From Trueperaceae bacterium (GTDB lineage Bacteria > Deinococcota > Deinococci > Deinococcales > Trueperaceae), in contig OZ243913.1 of assembly GCA_965213705.1 (NCBI GenBank), positions 2,944,001 to 3,008,000 on the forward strand: a DNA stretch of 64,000 nt. Direction: 5' to 3'. The translations under genes and the position numbers were made by a program. Of this stretch, positions 19,707 through 28,959 are shown piece by piece. Every line of letters begins with the position of its first letter. Position 1 is the first letter of the stretch. The notes under the pieces were generated by a model that was not told where the DNA came from, did no database searches, and saw nothing but the letters and a program-made list of their open reading frames with translations.

Positions 19707-19928
19707 TTATACGACGTTGTGCGCGGTGGGTCGTCCCGTGACTGCTGACAACCCGACTTCGGGACTTCCGCTGCCGATGATGCCCCAGACGCAAGCGTCG
19801 AAACCCTCACATAGGCGGCAGTCGTGTAACAGGGATTTGTAAGGGGCCGTAAACGCCGCTAGGCTACTGGCTGAAACAGTGTCTGGTAAGTTCATTCTCG
19901 ATTATACAGAGTTTCGTCCGGGTTTCAG
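19707..19928 (-). pseudogene. Truncated IS4-family remnant (left end plus transposase N-terminus)
   Basis: ORF 19707-19895 (LAAFTAPYKSLLHDCRLCEGF...GIIGSG) aligns with the N-terminus of the adjacent transposase (LETFAAGYKDLFKDRRLFDGF...GIIGSG). It is preceded by a similar end sequence CTGAAACCCGGACGAAACTCTGTATAAT. Confidence 0.8.
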
Positions 19929-19934
19929 TGCAAG

Positions 19935-21294
19935 CTGAGATCCGGACGAAATTCATCTTTGTGGAAAAAGACGATGTGCAAGGGATAATAAGGCATCGTC
20001 ACCGCCGACGAGAGGTGCGTACTGAGTGACTACAAGAAAAGAAGCGAGGTGCTCAAGCGCGGTTGAGAAGGTTCGGGGTCCGGGTCTACCCTTGGTATGG
20101 GTTTGACCCAACCGGGTAAGAAAGTCGAGCGCTTCATCCTCCTCGGCTACACCCAGGTCGTGCAAGAACGCCGCGGCTATCCAGGCGAAAGCTACAAGCG
20201 TCTTCAAAGCTTCAAACGACATGAGTTGCACAGTTTCCCAACCAAGACTCGACTTCGACCAGGCGAACAGGTCTTCTATCGCCCAGCGCTGCCGGTAGGT
20301 TTTCAAGAGACGTTCGAGCAGTTGCTGCTCTTCACCCTCGCGCAGCGTGAGGTTGGTGATGAGCACCCAACCTTTAGTTTTAAGCTTGGAGCGGACTTGC
20401 GCCACACATACCTCAAGCCCGAGCGCGTCTGCAAGCTCAACTTGAACCGCCGCTATAGCAACCGGCACAGGCTCGTGTTTGTGGCGTTTAGCGCTCGGGT
20501 CGAGCAAGCGTTTTTCGAGACTGGCGTTCGCCAGTAAAGGTGCAGACCCTAGCACCTTTGTAAGGTTGCTGGGGCGGTTGTTGAGCAGACACTTACGTTT
20601 CATGTGCTGCACGCGGGTCACGAAGCAGTCCCCCTTTTGGTGAATGTGCCGCATCAGCTTGAGGTTGTCGCCGGCCCTGTCGACAACCCACAGCAACCTA
20701 CCTACCCCTTGAGCACGGAGCGCAGCCGTAACAGCGTCGATGGCTTGGCAATACGCTACGTTTGCGCTTTTGAAGCCCGGTTCCAGGGTAGAAAAGCTGT
20801 GGTGATAGACAATCGCCCTGACGCCACTCTCGCCGATAGCCAGCACGTTCAAGGTGTGAAAGCCTGAGACGGGTTCGCCTTCCAAACTTCTGACCGTGTC
20901 CAGGTGTTCCAAACAGCTTGCAAACGGTTTACGCAGGTCGCTTTCGTCCATAATCAGTAGCACCTCGTGTTCACCCTGCAGGCGTTTAGCACCTTCTTTT
21001 GTCAACTGAGTCGTAAGACGGTCTGCACTCAGGTCAGCCCGGTCATTCTGGTTATGCACCAGGCGACGGACGCGCCTTTCGGCGTGCAAGCTCGTTCCCA
21101 AGCTGCTACTGCTTTTGGCAATTCGGCTAACCCTCAAATCCCCGCTGCCGATAATGCCCTGCAACGTACCCACAAAACCATCGAATAACCTTCTGTCCTT
21201 GAACAAGTCTTTGTAACCAGCAGCGAACGTTTCCAGTTTGGATAGCTTTGTTTGCATAATGCTCTGGTTATACAGACTTTTGTCCGGTCAACAG
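19935..21294 (-). mobile_element. Insertion sequence, IS4 family, about 1360 bp
   Basis: Ends CTGAGATCCGGACGAAA and CTGTTGACCGGACAAAA form imperfect inverted repeats. Flanks TGCAAG (19929-34) and TGCAAC (21295-300) look like a target duplication. GC is lower than the host. Confidence 0.85.
19953..21257 (-). CDS. IS4-family DDE transposase
   Basis: MDESDL, VVDRAGD and YRQRWAIEDLFAWSK (Y-2-R-3-E-6-K signature). Confidence 0.9.
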   Translation of the reverse strand: MQTKLSKLETFAAGYKDLFKDRRLFDGFVGTLQGIIGSGDLRVSRIAKSSSSLGTSLHAERRVRRLVHNQNDRADLSADRLTTQLTKEGAKRLQGEHEVLLIMDESDLRKPFASCLEHLDTVRSLEGEPVSGFHTLNVLAIGESGVRAIVYHHSFSTLEPGFKSANVAYCQAIDAVTAALRAQGVGRLLWVVDRAGDNLKLMRHIHQKGDCFVTRVQHMKRKCLLNNRPSNLTKVLGSAPLLANASLEKRLLDPSAKRHKHEPVPVAIAAVQVELADALGLEVCVAQVRSKLKTKGWVLITNLTLREGEEQQLLERLLKTYRQRWAIEDLFAWSKSSLGWETVQLMSFEALKTLVAFAWIAAAFLHDLGVAEEDEALDFLTRLGQTHTKGRPGPRTFSTALEHLASFLVVTQYAPLVGGDDALLSLAHRLFPQR

Positions 21295-21303
21295 TGCAAC
21301 CTC

Positions 21304-21332
21304 TTGACGAATGCTGCATACCGGGCTACACT
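21304..21332 (+). promoter_or_regulatory. sigma70 promoter
   Basis: TTGACG-N17-TACACT. Confidence 0.75.
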
Positions 21333-21463
21333 ATCTTTTATCAGCGCTCACGAGGCGCTTCTTTTTTTGCCCTTTTCCAAAGTTTGCTGGCTTTACTTAC
21401 TTATGGTTTGAGTTTGGGCCGGTCTCGAGCCGAGTTGTGACCACCCGTTTTAGACTGTAGGGC

Positions 21464-22651
21464 ATGGCAAAGGCTGCAACCCGTTCCATCACCTCCCCCA
21501 AAGACCAGAGTGCGACTTTTGTCGAGCTGTTTTTCGACCTCGTGTTCGTTTTTGCCGTTACCCAGGTGGTCGGGCTGTTGCACGACGGCTTGACCTGGGC
21601 CAGCGCGGGTCGAGCGGTGCTGGTGTTTTGGCTGGTGTGGTGGGCTTGGACGCAGTTCACCTGGACCTTGAACGCGGCGGACACGACCCACAGCCTCATA
21701 GAACTGGGGACGTTGCTTGCGACCGCTGCAGCTTTTTTCATGGCTATTTCCGTGCCGCAGGCTTTCGGCGAACGCGCCCTGTGGTTCGCCGCCACGTACG
21801 TGCTCGTTCGGGTGATAGGTCTCGCTTTCCAGGTTTGGGTCGCCTGGGCGAACACCTCGCAACGCGCCGCAGTCCGCAGGTTCGCCCTCTTCTCGCTCGG
21901 CGGCCTCGCGGCCGTCACGGCGGGCGGCTTGGCGGGCGGCGCGGCCTTGTACGGGTTGTGGGCGCTCGCCATTCTTCTCGACTTGGCCGCCGCAGCCGCG
22001 GGGGGCCAGTCCGAACACTGGAACATCCACCCCGAGCACTTTACGGAACGGCACGGCTTGTTCGTCATCATCGCTTTGGGTGAAACGCTCATCGTTGCGG
22101 CGGGCGGTGTGGCGGGAACGGTTTGGACGGGCGCAGTCATCGCGGTGGCGGCCCTGAGCGTCGGGGTGACCTGCGCTTTGTGGTGGAGCTATTTTCCGCA
22201 CGTCAGACCCGCCCTCGAGCGCGCCCTCTCCCTAAACAGCGGAGCAGGCCGCTCGACGCTGGCCCGCGACGCTTTCAGCTTGGTGCATTTTCCGATGCTC
22301 TGCGGCGTCGTCGTTTACGCTTTTGCCACCGAAGAAATCGTGGCACATCCGGAAGAGGTGCTGGGAAAAGGCGTTCGGCTGGCCCTGGCCCTCGGTTTGG
22401 CGTTGTTCGTGGGGGGTTCGGGCCTGGCCGTGTGGCGAGCGACGGGGCGTGTGTTGCTGCCGCGCCTGACAGTAACCGCAGGCGTGGCGACCGCCGTCTT
22501 AACCCTGCCGAACCTCGGTCCGACGGTCGCACTGGCGGTCGCGCTGGTAGGTCTCTTGGTCATCGCCCTACTCGAGCGGTGGGCCGGGATGAACTGGGAC
22601 CCTCCAAGTAACACGCAGCAAAAAGAGGCTCCGGAGTCCGAAAAGGGGTAA
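21464..22651 (+). CDS. ltrA: Low temperature requirement protein A family membrane protein
   Basis: ATFVELFFDLVFVFAVTQ and HFTERHGLFVIIALGE motifs. Confidence 0.9.
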   Translation: MAKAATRSITSPKDQSATFVELFFDLVFVFAVTQVVGLLHDGLTWASAGRAVLVFWLVWWAWTQFTWTLNAADTTHSLIELGTLLATAAAFFMAISVPQAFGERALWFAATYVLVRVIGLAFQVWVAWANTSQRAAVRRFALFSLGGLAAVTAGGLAGGAALYGLWALAILLDLAAAAAGGQSEHWNIHPEHFTERHGLFVIIALGETLIVAAGGVAGTVWTGAVIAVAALSVGVTCALWWSYFPHVRPALERALSLNSGAGRSTLARDAFSLVHFPMLCGVVVYAFATEEIVAHPEEVLGKGVRLALALGLALFVGGSGLAVWRATGRVLLPRLTVTAGVATAVLTLPNLGPTVALAVALVGLLVIALLERWAGMNWDPPSNTQQKEAPESEKG

Positions 22652-22868
22652 TACCCTTTCCGTTTAATTCCCTCGGAATCAAAGGCGAGCAGAGCAAAAA
22701 ATTGAATTTCGATAAGGAAGCGAACAACTCTTCCAAGGGGAGCTGTAGTATCGGAATCCGTATGAGGTGCGTTCACTCGACCCAAACCAACCCACAACCG
22801 AACAAACCGAGGAGGTACTGTTTTCCCTTTGGTATCGAACCGCACTTACGCACGCTTCAACAGTGTCA

Positions 22869-23546
22869 CTACTCGGCCAACGGCGCCATTGCCAAACGGA
22901 CGATGTATGCCTGGTCCTGCTCGTCGCTGGGTTGGTACCGTTTGAACACCGAGGCGAGTTCTCGCTGCAGCTTTTTGGCTTCGGCGCGGCTCAAACGTCT
23001 TATTCCCCAGGTATCCCACACCGCTTCCGACGACGGCTCGAGCAAGGTTTCGAAAAATCGGTTGGGGTCGTCTGCGTCGGGGTGAGGTGTGATGTTTTTG
23101 TAAAGCCCACCGTCGGCGTGGCGGTAGAGGTGAACGCCCAAGGCCAGGGATTCGCCCGCGGCCTCGGTCCAAGCGTGCGCGATACTTTTGTTCAGCGACG
23201 TTTGCAGGTTTTCAAACGCGTCGGGGGACAGGGTTTCCGTCGTCGCGTGCGGCGTCGCGCCGAACGGGATGTAAAAGCCGTCGGCCACCGCGCGGTAGTG
23301 TCGCACCGCGCGGCCCCTCCGGGGCTCTAACCTGACCATCTCGACCAAACCCGCACCCATAAATTGCTTGACGCGGTAAAGCACGGAACTGGGGTCGACG
23401 CCGAGTTCTCGGGCGAGTTGACCGGCGCTCCGCTCCTAACCGATGAGCGGTTCCAAAAAACGCCGCGCTTTCGGGTCGGTGACGATTCGCACCGCTTCAG
23501 GGTCGCTCAGCTCGAGCCAGCTCCTACTTGGAAGCTTCTGTTTCAT
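22869..23546 (-). pseudogene. ArsR-like winged-HTH regulator interrupted by an in-frame TAG
   Basis: From ATG 23546: MKQKLPSRSWLELSDPEAVRIVTDPKARRFLEPLIG*ERSAGQLARELGVDPSSVLYRVKQF; TAG at 23436-23438. Confidence 0.8.
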
Positions 23547-23598
23547 TCCAAGTAGTCTACCTTTCATACTGCTCGCATGTCAGTCGCCGAGGAAAACC

Positions 23599-24837
23599 GT
23601 GCACCTCTTTAGCAACCGCAACTTCGCGCTGCTCTGGTGGGCGGGTTTTCTCTCGACGATGGGCAACTGGGCCTTGCAAATCGCCCTACCCATTTATGTT
23701 TTTGAGACGACCCGGTCCACCCTGGCGACCGGGCTCATGTTCGCGGTGGGCACGTTGCCCACCTTACTGTTCGGCTCGGTGGCGGGGATTTTCGTCGACC
23801 GCCTCGACCGGCGGCGCGTTCTCGTCACCGCAAACCTGTTGATGTTTGTGGGCCTGTTGCCGCTGTTGGTCGTGCCCGCTTGCGGTTTGTGGCTCGTCTA
23901 CGTCGTCGCCTTTGTCCAGGCGACGCTGAGCCAATTCGTCTACCCCGCCGAAAACGCCCTGCTTCCCACCCTGGTCGGCGGGGACCTGGTTTCCGCCAAC
24001 GCGCTGAACGCACTCAACAACAACTTGGGCAGGCTCGTCGGTCCTGCGCTCGGGGGGCTGCTGATGGGCGGTCTGGGTCTGCAAGCCGTCGTCCTCCTCG
24101 ACGCTGCGACGTTTCTTGTGGCAAGCTTCCTGACGGGGCTCATGGTCGTCGCAGAGTCCGCGGGGATTACCGAGACCGAAGAGAAACCACCTGAGCCCGC
24201 CACCGGTCCAGGCGCTGTGTGGCGCGAGTGGCTGGCCGGTTTGCAAATCGTCAGGCGCGAGCGGGTCGTGTCGGTTTTGTTTCTTTACATCGCCGTCACC
24301 TCGGTCGGCGAAGGCGTGATGTCGGCGCTGTTCATCCCGTTCGTCGTGGACGTTCTGCGCGGGGACGCGTTGGAAGTGGGTTGGCTGATGTCGGCGCAGG
24401 CCGTCGGGGGCATCGTCGGCGGGGTGGTCGTCAGCGCCGTGGCGACCCGCTTCGCCCCCGCTCGCTTGCTCGGCTGGGGCTCGGTCGGGGTGGGCCTGGT
24501 AGACGCTTTTCTTTTCAACTACCCCGCCTTCCTGTCGGGCGTCACGCTCGGACTGGTCTTGTTCGCCCTGGCCGGTTTGCCGGTCTCGGCGTTGCAAGCC
24601 GGACTCATGACCTTGTTTCAAACGAACGTGGACGACAAGTTCTTGGGCCGCGTTTTCGGAGCTTACGGAACGACGGCGGCGCTGTTCAACCTTGTCGGGA
24701 TGGGGGCGGGCGGCTTTTTGGGCGACCGTTTGGGAATTGTGCCGGTTATCAACACGCAGGCGGCGGTATACTTTGCGGGCGGCTTGCTCGTGCTGCGTTT
24801 GTTGCGGCGCTCGGTCGGCAAGGCGGAGGGCGTTTAA
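23599..24837 (+). CDS. MFS transporter (macrolide-efflux/MFS_3-like)
   Basis: NRNFALLW, GIFVDRLDRRR motif A, about 12 TMs; GAGGA RBS before GTG 23599. Confidence 0.9.
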   Translation: MHLFSNRNFALLWWAGFLSTMGNWALQIALPIYVFETTRSTLATGLMFAVGTLPTLLFGSVAGIFVDRLDRRRVLVTANLLMFVGLLPLLVVPACGLWLVYVVAFVQATLSQFVYPAENALLPTLVGGDLVSANALNALNNNLGRLVGPALGGLLMGGLGLQAVVLLDAATFLVASFLTGLMVVAESAGITETEEKPPEPATGPGAVWREWLAGLQIVRRERVVSVLFLYIAVTSVGEGVMSALFIPFVVDVLRGDALEVGWLMSAQAVGGIVGGVVVSAVATRFAPARLLGWGSVGVGLVDAFLFNYPAFLSGVTLGLVLFALAGLPVSALQAGLMTLFQTNVDDKFLGRVFGAYGTTAALFNLVGMGAGGFLGDRLGIVPVINTQAAVYFAGGLLVLRLLRRSVGKAEGV

Positions 24838-25103
24838 AGGTGCTGGCTTTGTACGACAGGTGTTCCTGCAACGCTCGTTGCCATGAGTCGTTTTCCGCGA
24901 CTCGGAGAAGTGGATGCGAGAAGTAGTCGACCCGCTCAGTCGTCTCAACGCCGAGTAGCAACGTTAAAGGGTAGTGCACTCGGGGTTCAGCCGGGACACT
25001 CGGAAGACGGTTCGAGTGGGTCAGGGCATCCCCAGCGGCGCGCCACCTTGCCAACGTCGCCGCCTGCGAAACTGCGCCACCTCAAACTTGCTACCCTAAC
25101 GGG

Positions 25104-27521
25104 ATGTTACCTTTCGGCCTCACTTTGCAAGCGCCCTGGGTGCTGCTGGCGCTGTTGGCGCTGCCCTTTCTGCCGCGCTCGACCGCTTGGGGCTGGCGGT
25201 TGGCGGCCCTGGCGCTGCTCGTCTTGGCGCTGGCGCAGCCCGGTTTGGGGCGACCCAGCCGCGACGTCGCCGTACTCGTCGATGTGTCCGACAGCTTGGG
25301 CGACCGCGGCCTCAGCGCCGCCCGCGCCCTAGACCTGAGCGGTCTACGGACGAACCCGACTGTGTTTTACTTTGCGTCCGACGCGACCTCGGCCGCGACC
25401 CCCAGCGCCGACGTGCCCGCTTTTTTGGACACCCAGCGGACCGACCTGGCCCGGGCGCTGCAAGTGGCGCAAGCCTCGGGCTCGAGCCGCGCCCTCTTAA
25501 TAAGCGACGGGGCCGAATCGGTCGGTGACGCGCTGCTGGCTTTGCCGGGCATCGCCGTGGACACGTTGCACCTGGTCAGTCGCGACAACGTACGCTTGGT
25601 GAGCTTGTTGGCGCCCGAGCAGGTCAGCCCTTTCGAAACGGTCGAGGTGACGGCGGTCGTCGAGAGTGACCGCGCGGGCCGGGTCACCTTGCGACCCGCG
25701 GCGGGAGGTCAGGACTTAGAACCCGTCAGCGTGGACTTGCGAAAAGGTCGGCAGGCGGTGACCTTTACGGTGCAGGCCGGAGCCGCCGACACGTTGCCGG
25801 TGAGCGCCGCGCTGCAGACCGACTTCGAACAACCCACCAGCGACGACAGTGCGGCGGTCGAGGTGATAGTCAACGAGGGCAGCCCGGTGTTGGTCATCGA
25901 CGACCCGGCGTTGGCCGCGCTGTTGCAAGCGCAAGGGCTGGAGGTCAAGGAGGGGACGCCCGAGGACGTTACCGCGCCGCTGGCCTACGACGCGGTCGCG
26001 TTGCGGGGCGGCGCGGGCAACTACACCAGCGGACAGCTCGAGCTGCTCAAAAGCTACGTGCAAGACGGCGGCGGCCTGCTCATGACCGGCGGCCCGGAAA
26101 GTTTCGGTTTCGGCGCGTGGTACCGCACGCCGGTCGAGGACGTGTTGCCGGTGAATACCGACCTGCGCACCGAAGTCGAGTTGCCCCTGGTCGCGCTCGT
26201 CATCGTGATGGACCGCTCGCAGTCGATGTCGACCGGCCGCCCGAGCAAAATAGAGCTTGCCAAAGAAGGCGCTATCGGCGTGGTGGACTTGGCCTACCAG
26301 GACGACCTGCTCGGCTTGATCGTGTTCAGCGACGCGAACGCGACCGAATGGACCTTCGACCTGCGCCGCGCGACCGAGCGCGGCAAACGTGAGATGGCGG
26401 CGGCGATTTTGGGTATTCAGACCCAGGGCGGCACGGTGCTCGAGCCCGCTTACAAACAGGCCATCGACGCGCTCGCCAACACCCAGGCGGCCATCAAGCA
26501 CATCATCATCTTGAGCGACGGCAAACTTTACGACGGCGGCGTGTTCGGCGCGCCGGGTCAACCCGTCGACTTCAACTCGACCGCCGCCGCCGCTGGGGCG
26601 CTCGGAATTACCACCTCGGCCATCGCCCTGGGTGAAGGCGCGGACTTCGAGCGCTTGGAGTCGATTGCAGCTTCCGGCGGTGGGCGCTACTACGCCGCGC
26701 TCGACGTAAGCACGCTGCCCCGCATCTTCACCAACGAAGCCCTTACCGCCACCCGCTCGCTGTTAAGAGAAGACGTGTTCGCCCCGAGCTTGCGCGCCAA
26801 CCCGCTCGTACCTGCAGGCTTGGGCGCGCCACCGGCGCTCGACGCCTACATCGCCACGACGCTCAAACCGACGGCCGAGACGATTTTGGAAGGCCTCCAG
26901 GGCGAGCCCGTGTTGGCGGTCGGGCGGCAGGGTTTGGGCCGTAGCGCCGCCCTCACCACCGACCTGAACGCGTGGGCCGGTCCCTTGGGCCAGTGGGACG
27001 CCCTGCCGGGCCTCCTCGGCACCGTCACCCGCTGGCTGCAAACCCGCCCCGCCGACTTTTCCGCGACCGTCACGCGCGAGGGTACGCAGTTCAAAGTCGT
27101 GGTGGACGCGGTGCGCGGCGGCGACTACGTCAACGACCTACCGCTTCAGGCGCGCTTCGGCGGCGTGACCGAGCCCTTGGCCCAAGTCGCACCGGGCCGT
27201 TACGAAGGCGTCGTGCCCGCCGCCGAAGGTGGCAACCTGCTCGTCTTGGACGGCGACGACGTCGTCGCGCGCGAAACGGTCGCCGCGCCCGACGCCGAAT
27301 TCGACACGGCAGGCGGCGAAACCTTGCTGCGCACCATTTCCGAGCGCACGGGCGGCAAGTTTTACACGTCCTTGGGGCGCTACGCTCCCCTTACCCCCGA
27401 CGACGCCACCCCGCTGTGGCCCTGGGTCGCGCTCGCCGGGCTGGTCGTGTTTTTGCTCGAGCTGGTCTTGCGCCGCTTCGGTCCCGCCGAGCGCACGAGC
27501 GGTCCAGTCGCGGGCGACTGA
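25104..27521 (+). CDS. VWA-domain membrane protein with class-I glutamine-amidotransferase-like domain
   Basis: Two MIDAS motifs (DVSDS, DRSQS), GGGLLMTGGPESF, N- and C-terminal TMs. Confidence 0.85.
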   Translation: MLPFGLTLQAPWVLLALLALPFLPRSTAWGWRLAALALLVLALAQPGLGRPSRDVAVLVDVSDSLGDRGLSAARALDLSGLRTNPTVFYFASDATSAATPSADVPAFLDTQRTDLARALQVAQASGSSRALLISDGAESVGDALLALPGIAVDTLHLVSRDNVRLVSLLAPEQVSPFETVEVTAVVESDRAGRVTLRPAAGGQDLEPVSVDLRKGRQAVTFTVQAGAADTLPVSAALQTDFEQPTSDDSAAVEVIVNEGSPVLVIDDPALAALLQAQGLEVKEGTPEDVTAPLAYDAVALRGGAGNYTSGQLELLKSYVQDGGGLLMTGGPESFGFGAWYRTPVEDVLPVNTDLRTEVELPLVALVIVMDRSQSMSTGRPSKIELAKEGAIGVVDLAYQDDLLGLIVFSDANATEWTFDLRRATERGKREMAAAILGIQTQGGTVLEPAYKQAIDALANTQAAIKHIIILSDGKLYDGGVFGAPGQPVDFNSTAAAAGALGITTSAIALGEGADFERLESIAASGGGRYYAALDVSTLPRIFTNEALTATRSLLREDVFAPSLRANPLVPAGLGAPPALDAYIATTLKPTAETILEGLQGEPVLAVGRQGLGRSAALTTDLNAWAGPLGQWDALPGLLGTVTRWLQTRPADFSATVTREGTQFKVVVDAVRGGDYVNDLPLQARFGGVTEPLAQVAPGRYEGVVPAAEGGNLLVLDGDDVVARETVAAPDAEFDTAGGETLLRTISERTGGKFYTSLGRYAPLTPDDATPLWPWVALAGLVVFLLELVLRRFGPAERTSGPVAGD

Positions 27522-27629
27522 GCCGCGGCGGCAAACGAATCGTGCCGGGCAACGCGAAAAGTGCAAGGTCTAGTCAACCCGGCTCAGTCCCGCAGACCTA
27601 CTTTTCAGGTGTCCACGACAACGGGCTCG

Positions 27630-28505
27630 TCACTTCACGACCGACAACCCGGACGCGTACCGTACCACCCGAGCCGGAATGTCGACCCCCGTCGTCGTCA
27701 CCGAGTTGCGAAACTCCATCGTGTGGTTGACCTCGACGACGAGCAAGCCCCGCTCCGACTCGACCAAGTCCACCGCAACGACCTCGCCGCCGACGGCCTG
27801 AGCCGCGCGAGCCGTCACCTCGGCGAGTTCTTCGTAAAGCGGACAGTTCGAAGCGCTGCCGCCCCGCGCGGTGTTGGTTATCCAGTGCTCCGAGGTGCGG
27901 TAAATGGCCGCGACGACCTCGCCGCCGACGACAAAGGCGCGGATGTCGCGGCCCGGTTTACGAACGAACTCTTGGATGTAAAACACCTTGTGCTGCGGGC
28001 CGCCCAAAACTTCTTTGTGTTCCAAAACGGCCTCGAGCGCGTCCCGGTCGCTGAGTTTGCTGACCATTCGGCCCCACGAGCCGGTGACGGGTTTCAACAC
28101 GACGGGATAGCCGAAGGTTTCAGCCAGTTTGACGGCCGCCTCCGCGGTAAAAGCGACGCCCGTGCGCGGCGAGGGTACGCCGTCTCGAGCCAACGTTGCG
28201 TCGGTGGCGAGTTTGTCGCCGCAGGTCTCGATGACGTGGGACGGGTTGACGGTCGTGACCCCGAAGGCCTCGAAAATGCGTGTCAGCTCGAGGCCGCGCG
28301 TCTGCGACACGCAGCGGTTTAGAACCACGTCGTACTTCGCAAACTCGGGCACCGCGCTAAAGTCCACGACGAGGTGCGGCGCGTAAAGCTGGTCGAAGGG
28401 CACGCCAACGCGCTCGAACGCTTCGAACAACATGCGCTCTTCGGGCCGCAAGCGGTCGTAGACGACGGCGATGCGGGGGGTGGGGCGGGTAAGCGTTTGG
28501 CTCAT
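27630..28505 (-). CDS. lysX: Alpha-aminoadipate--LysW ligase (RimK-type ATP-grasp)
   Basis: [31 protein letters not shown] and EVNHTMEF; adjacent to lysW. Confidence 0.95.
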   Translation of the reverse strand: MSQTLTRPTPRIAVVYDRLRPEERMLFEAFERVGVPFDQLYAPHLVVDFSAVPEFAKYDVVLNRCVSQTRGLELTRIFEAFGVTTVNPSHVIETCGDKLATDATLARDGVPSPRTGVAFTAEAAVKLAETFGYPVVLKPVTGSWGRMVSKLSDRDALEAVLEHKEVLGGPQHKVFYIQEFVRKPGRDIRAFVVGGEVVAAIYRTSEHWITNTARGGSASNCPLYEELAEVTARAAQAVGGEVVAVDLVESERGLLVVEVNHTMEFRNSVTTTGVDIPARVVRYASGLSVVK

Positions 28506-28586
28506 ACGGATAGGTGTCGGTCGTTTGTTTTTGGGTGTTGGTCCGAACAGCTTTCAACGACACCCGAAAACGAACTACTAACGACT

Positions 28587-28748
28587 TTACTCCCCCCAAT
28601 CCTCTTCTTCCATCGGCGCGAGGGCGACGGCGAGAGGCCCCGTCCCGACGACCTCCAACTCGCTGCCGCACTCGTCACAGACGATGAGTTCGCCGAGTTC
28701 GTAGCCGCTGTCTGCTACGTCTGCACTGCATTCCGGACAGGTTGCCAT
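28587..28748 (-). CDS. lysW: Amino-group carrier protein LysW (53 aa, absent from the ORF track)
   Basis: MATCPECSADVADSGYELGELIVCDECGSELEVVGTGPLAVALAPMEEEDWGE; two CxxC, terminal EDWGE, AGGAGG RBS. Confidence 0.97.
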   Translation of the reverse strand: MATCPECSADVADSGYELGELIVCDECGSELEVVGTGPLAVALAPMEEEDWGE

Positions 28749-28837
28749 GTCGCCTCCTGGACTGTTTGACTGAGTTGGCTCGAGCGGTGTCGATGCTGTC
28801 GAAAAGCTTGGCGTTCTCGAGCGCGGCCTGCTCGTTT

Positions 28838-28909
28838 TGGCGCAACGCCGGACTTGTACCGAAGCTGTGACGTGCCGGTCACGGGGTCCACCCGGGGCGA
28901 CCGCGTTGC
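28838..28909 (-). ncRNA. Candidate structured tRNA-like RNA in the lysW 5' leader
   Basis: Hand-folded cloverleaf: GCAACGC/GCGUUGC, GGUC/GACC, GUGAC/GUCAC, CGG-UACAAGU-CCG, 3' GCCA. Not a canonical tRNA. Confidence 0.4.
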
Positions 28910-28930
28910 CGAGACGGCGTCGACCGCGTC

Positions 28931-28959
28931 ATCCTAAGTCAACGCGCGAGTCCTGTCAA
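28931..28959 (-). promoter_or_regulatory. sigma70 promoter of lysW-lysX
   Basis: TTGACA-N17-TAGGAT on the minus strand; upstream inverted repeat CAAGAAA-N17-TTTCTTG (28963-28993). Confidence 0.75.

Noticed and set aside
22652..22868. AT-richer gap after ltrA, and the gap at 24838-25103, as small genes or ncRNA
   Set aside because: No convincing start, motif or fold beyond a short hairpin at the ltrA stop.
23436..23438. TAG recoding (pyrrolysine or alternative genetic code)
   Set aside because: TAG is an ordinary stop for several genes here and no pyl genes are present.
19707..24837. Composite transposon carrying ltrA and the MFS gene
   Set aside because: No second IS end was found to the right of the putative cargo.
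28838..28909. Canonical tRNA, T-box or lysine riboswitch
   Set aside because: It lacks tRNA invariants. UGGACC is one base short of the T-box UGGNACC bulge and there is no stem I. The lysine aptamer consensus is not recognisable. Kept only as an unknown structured RNA.
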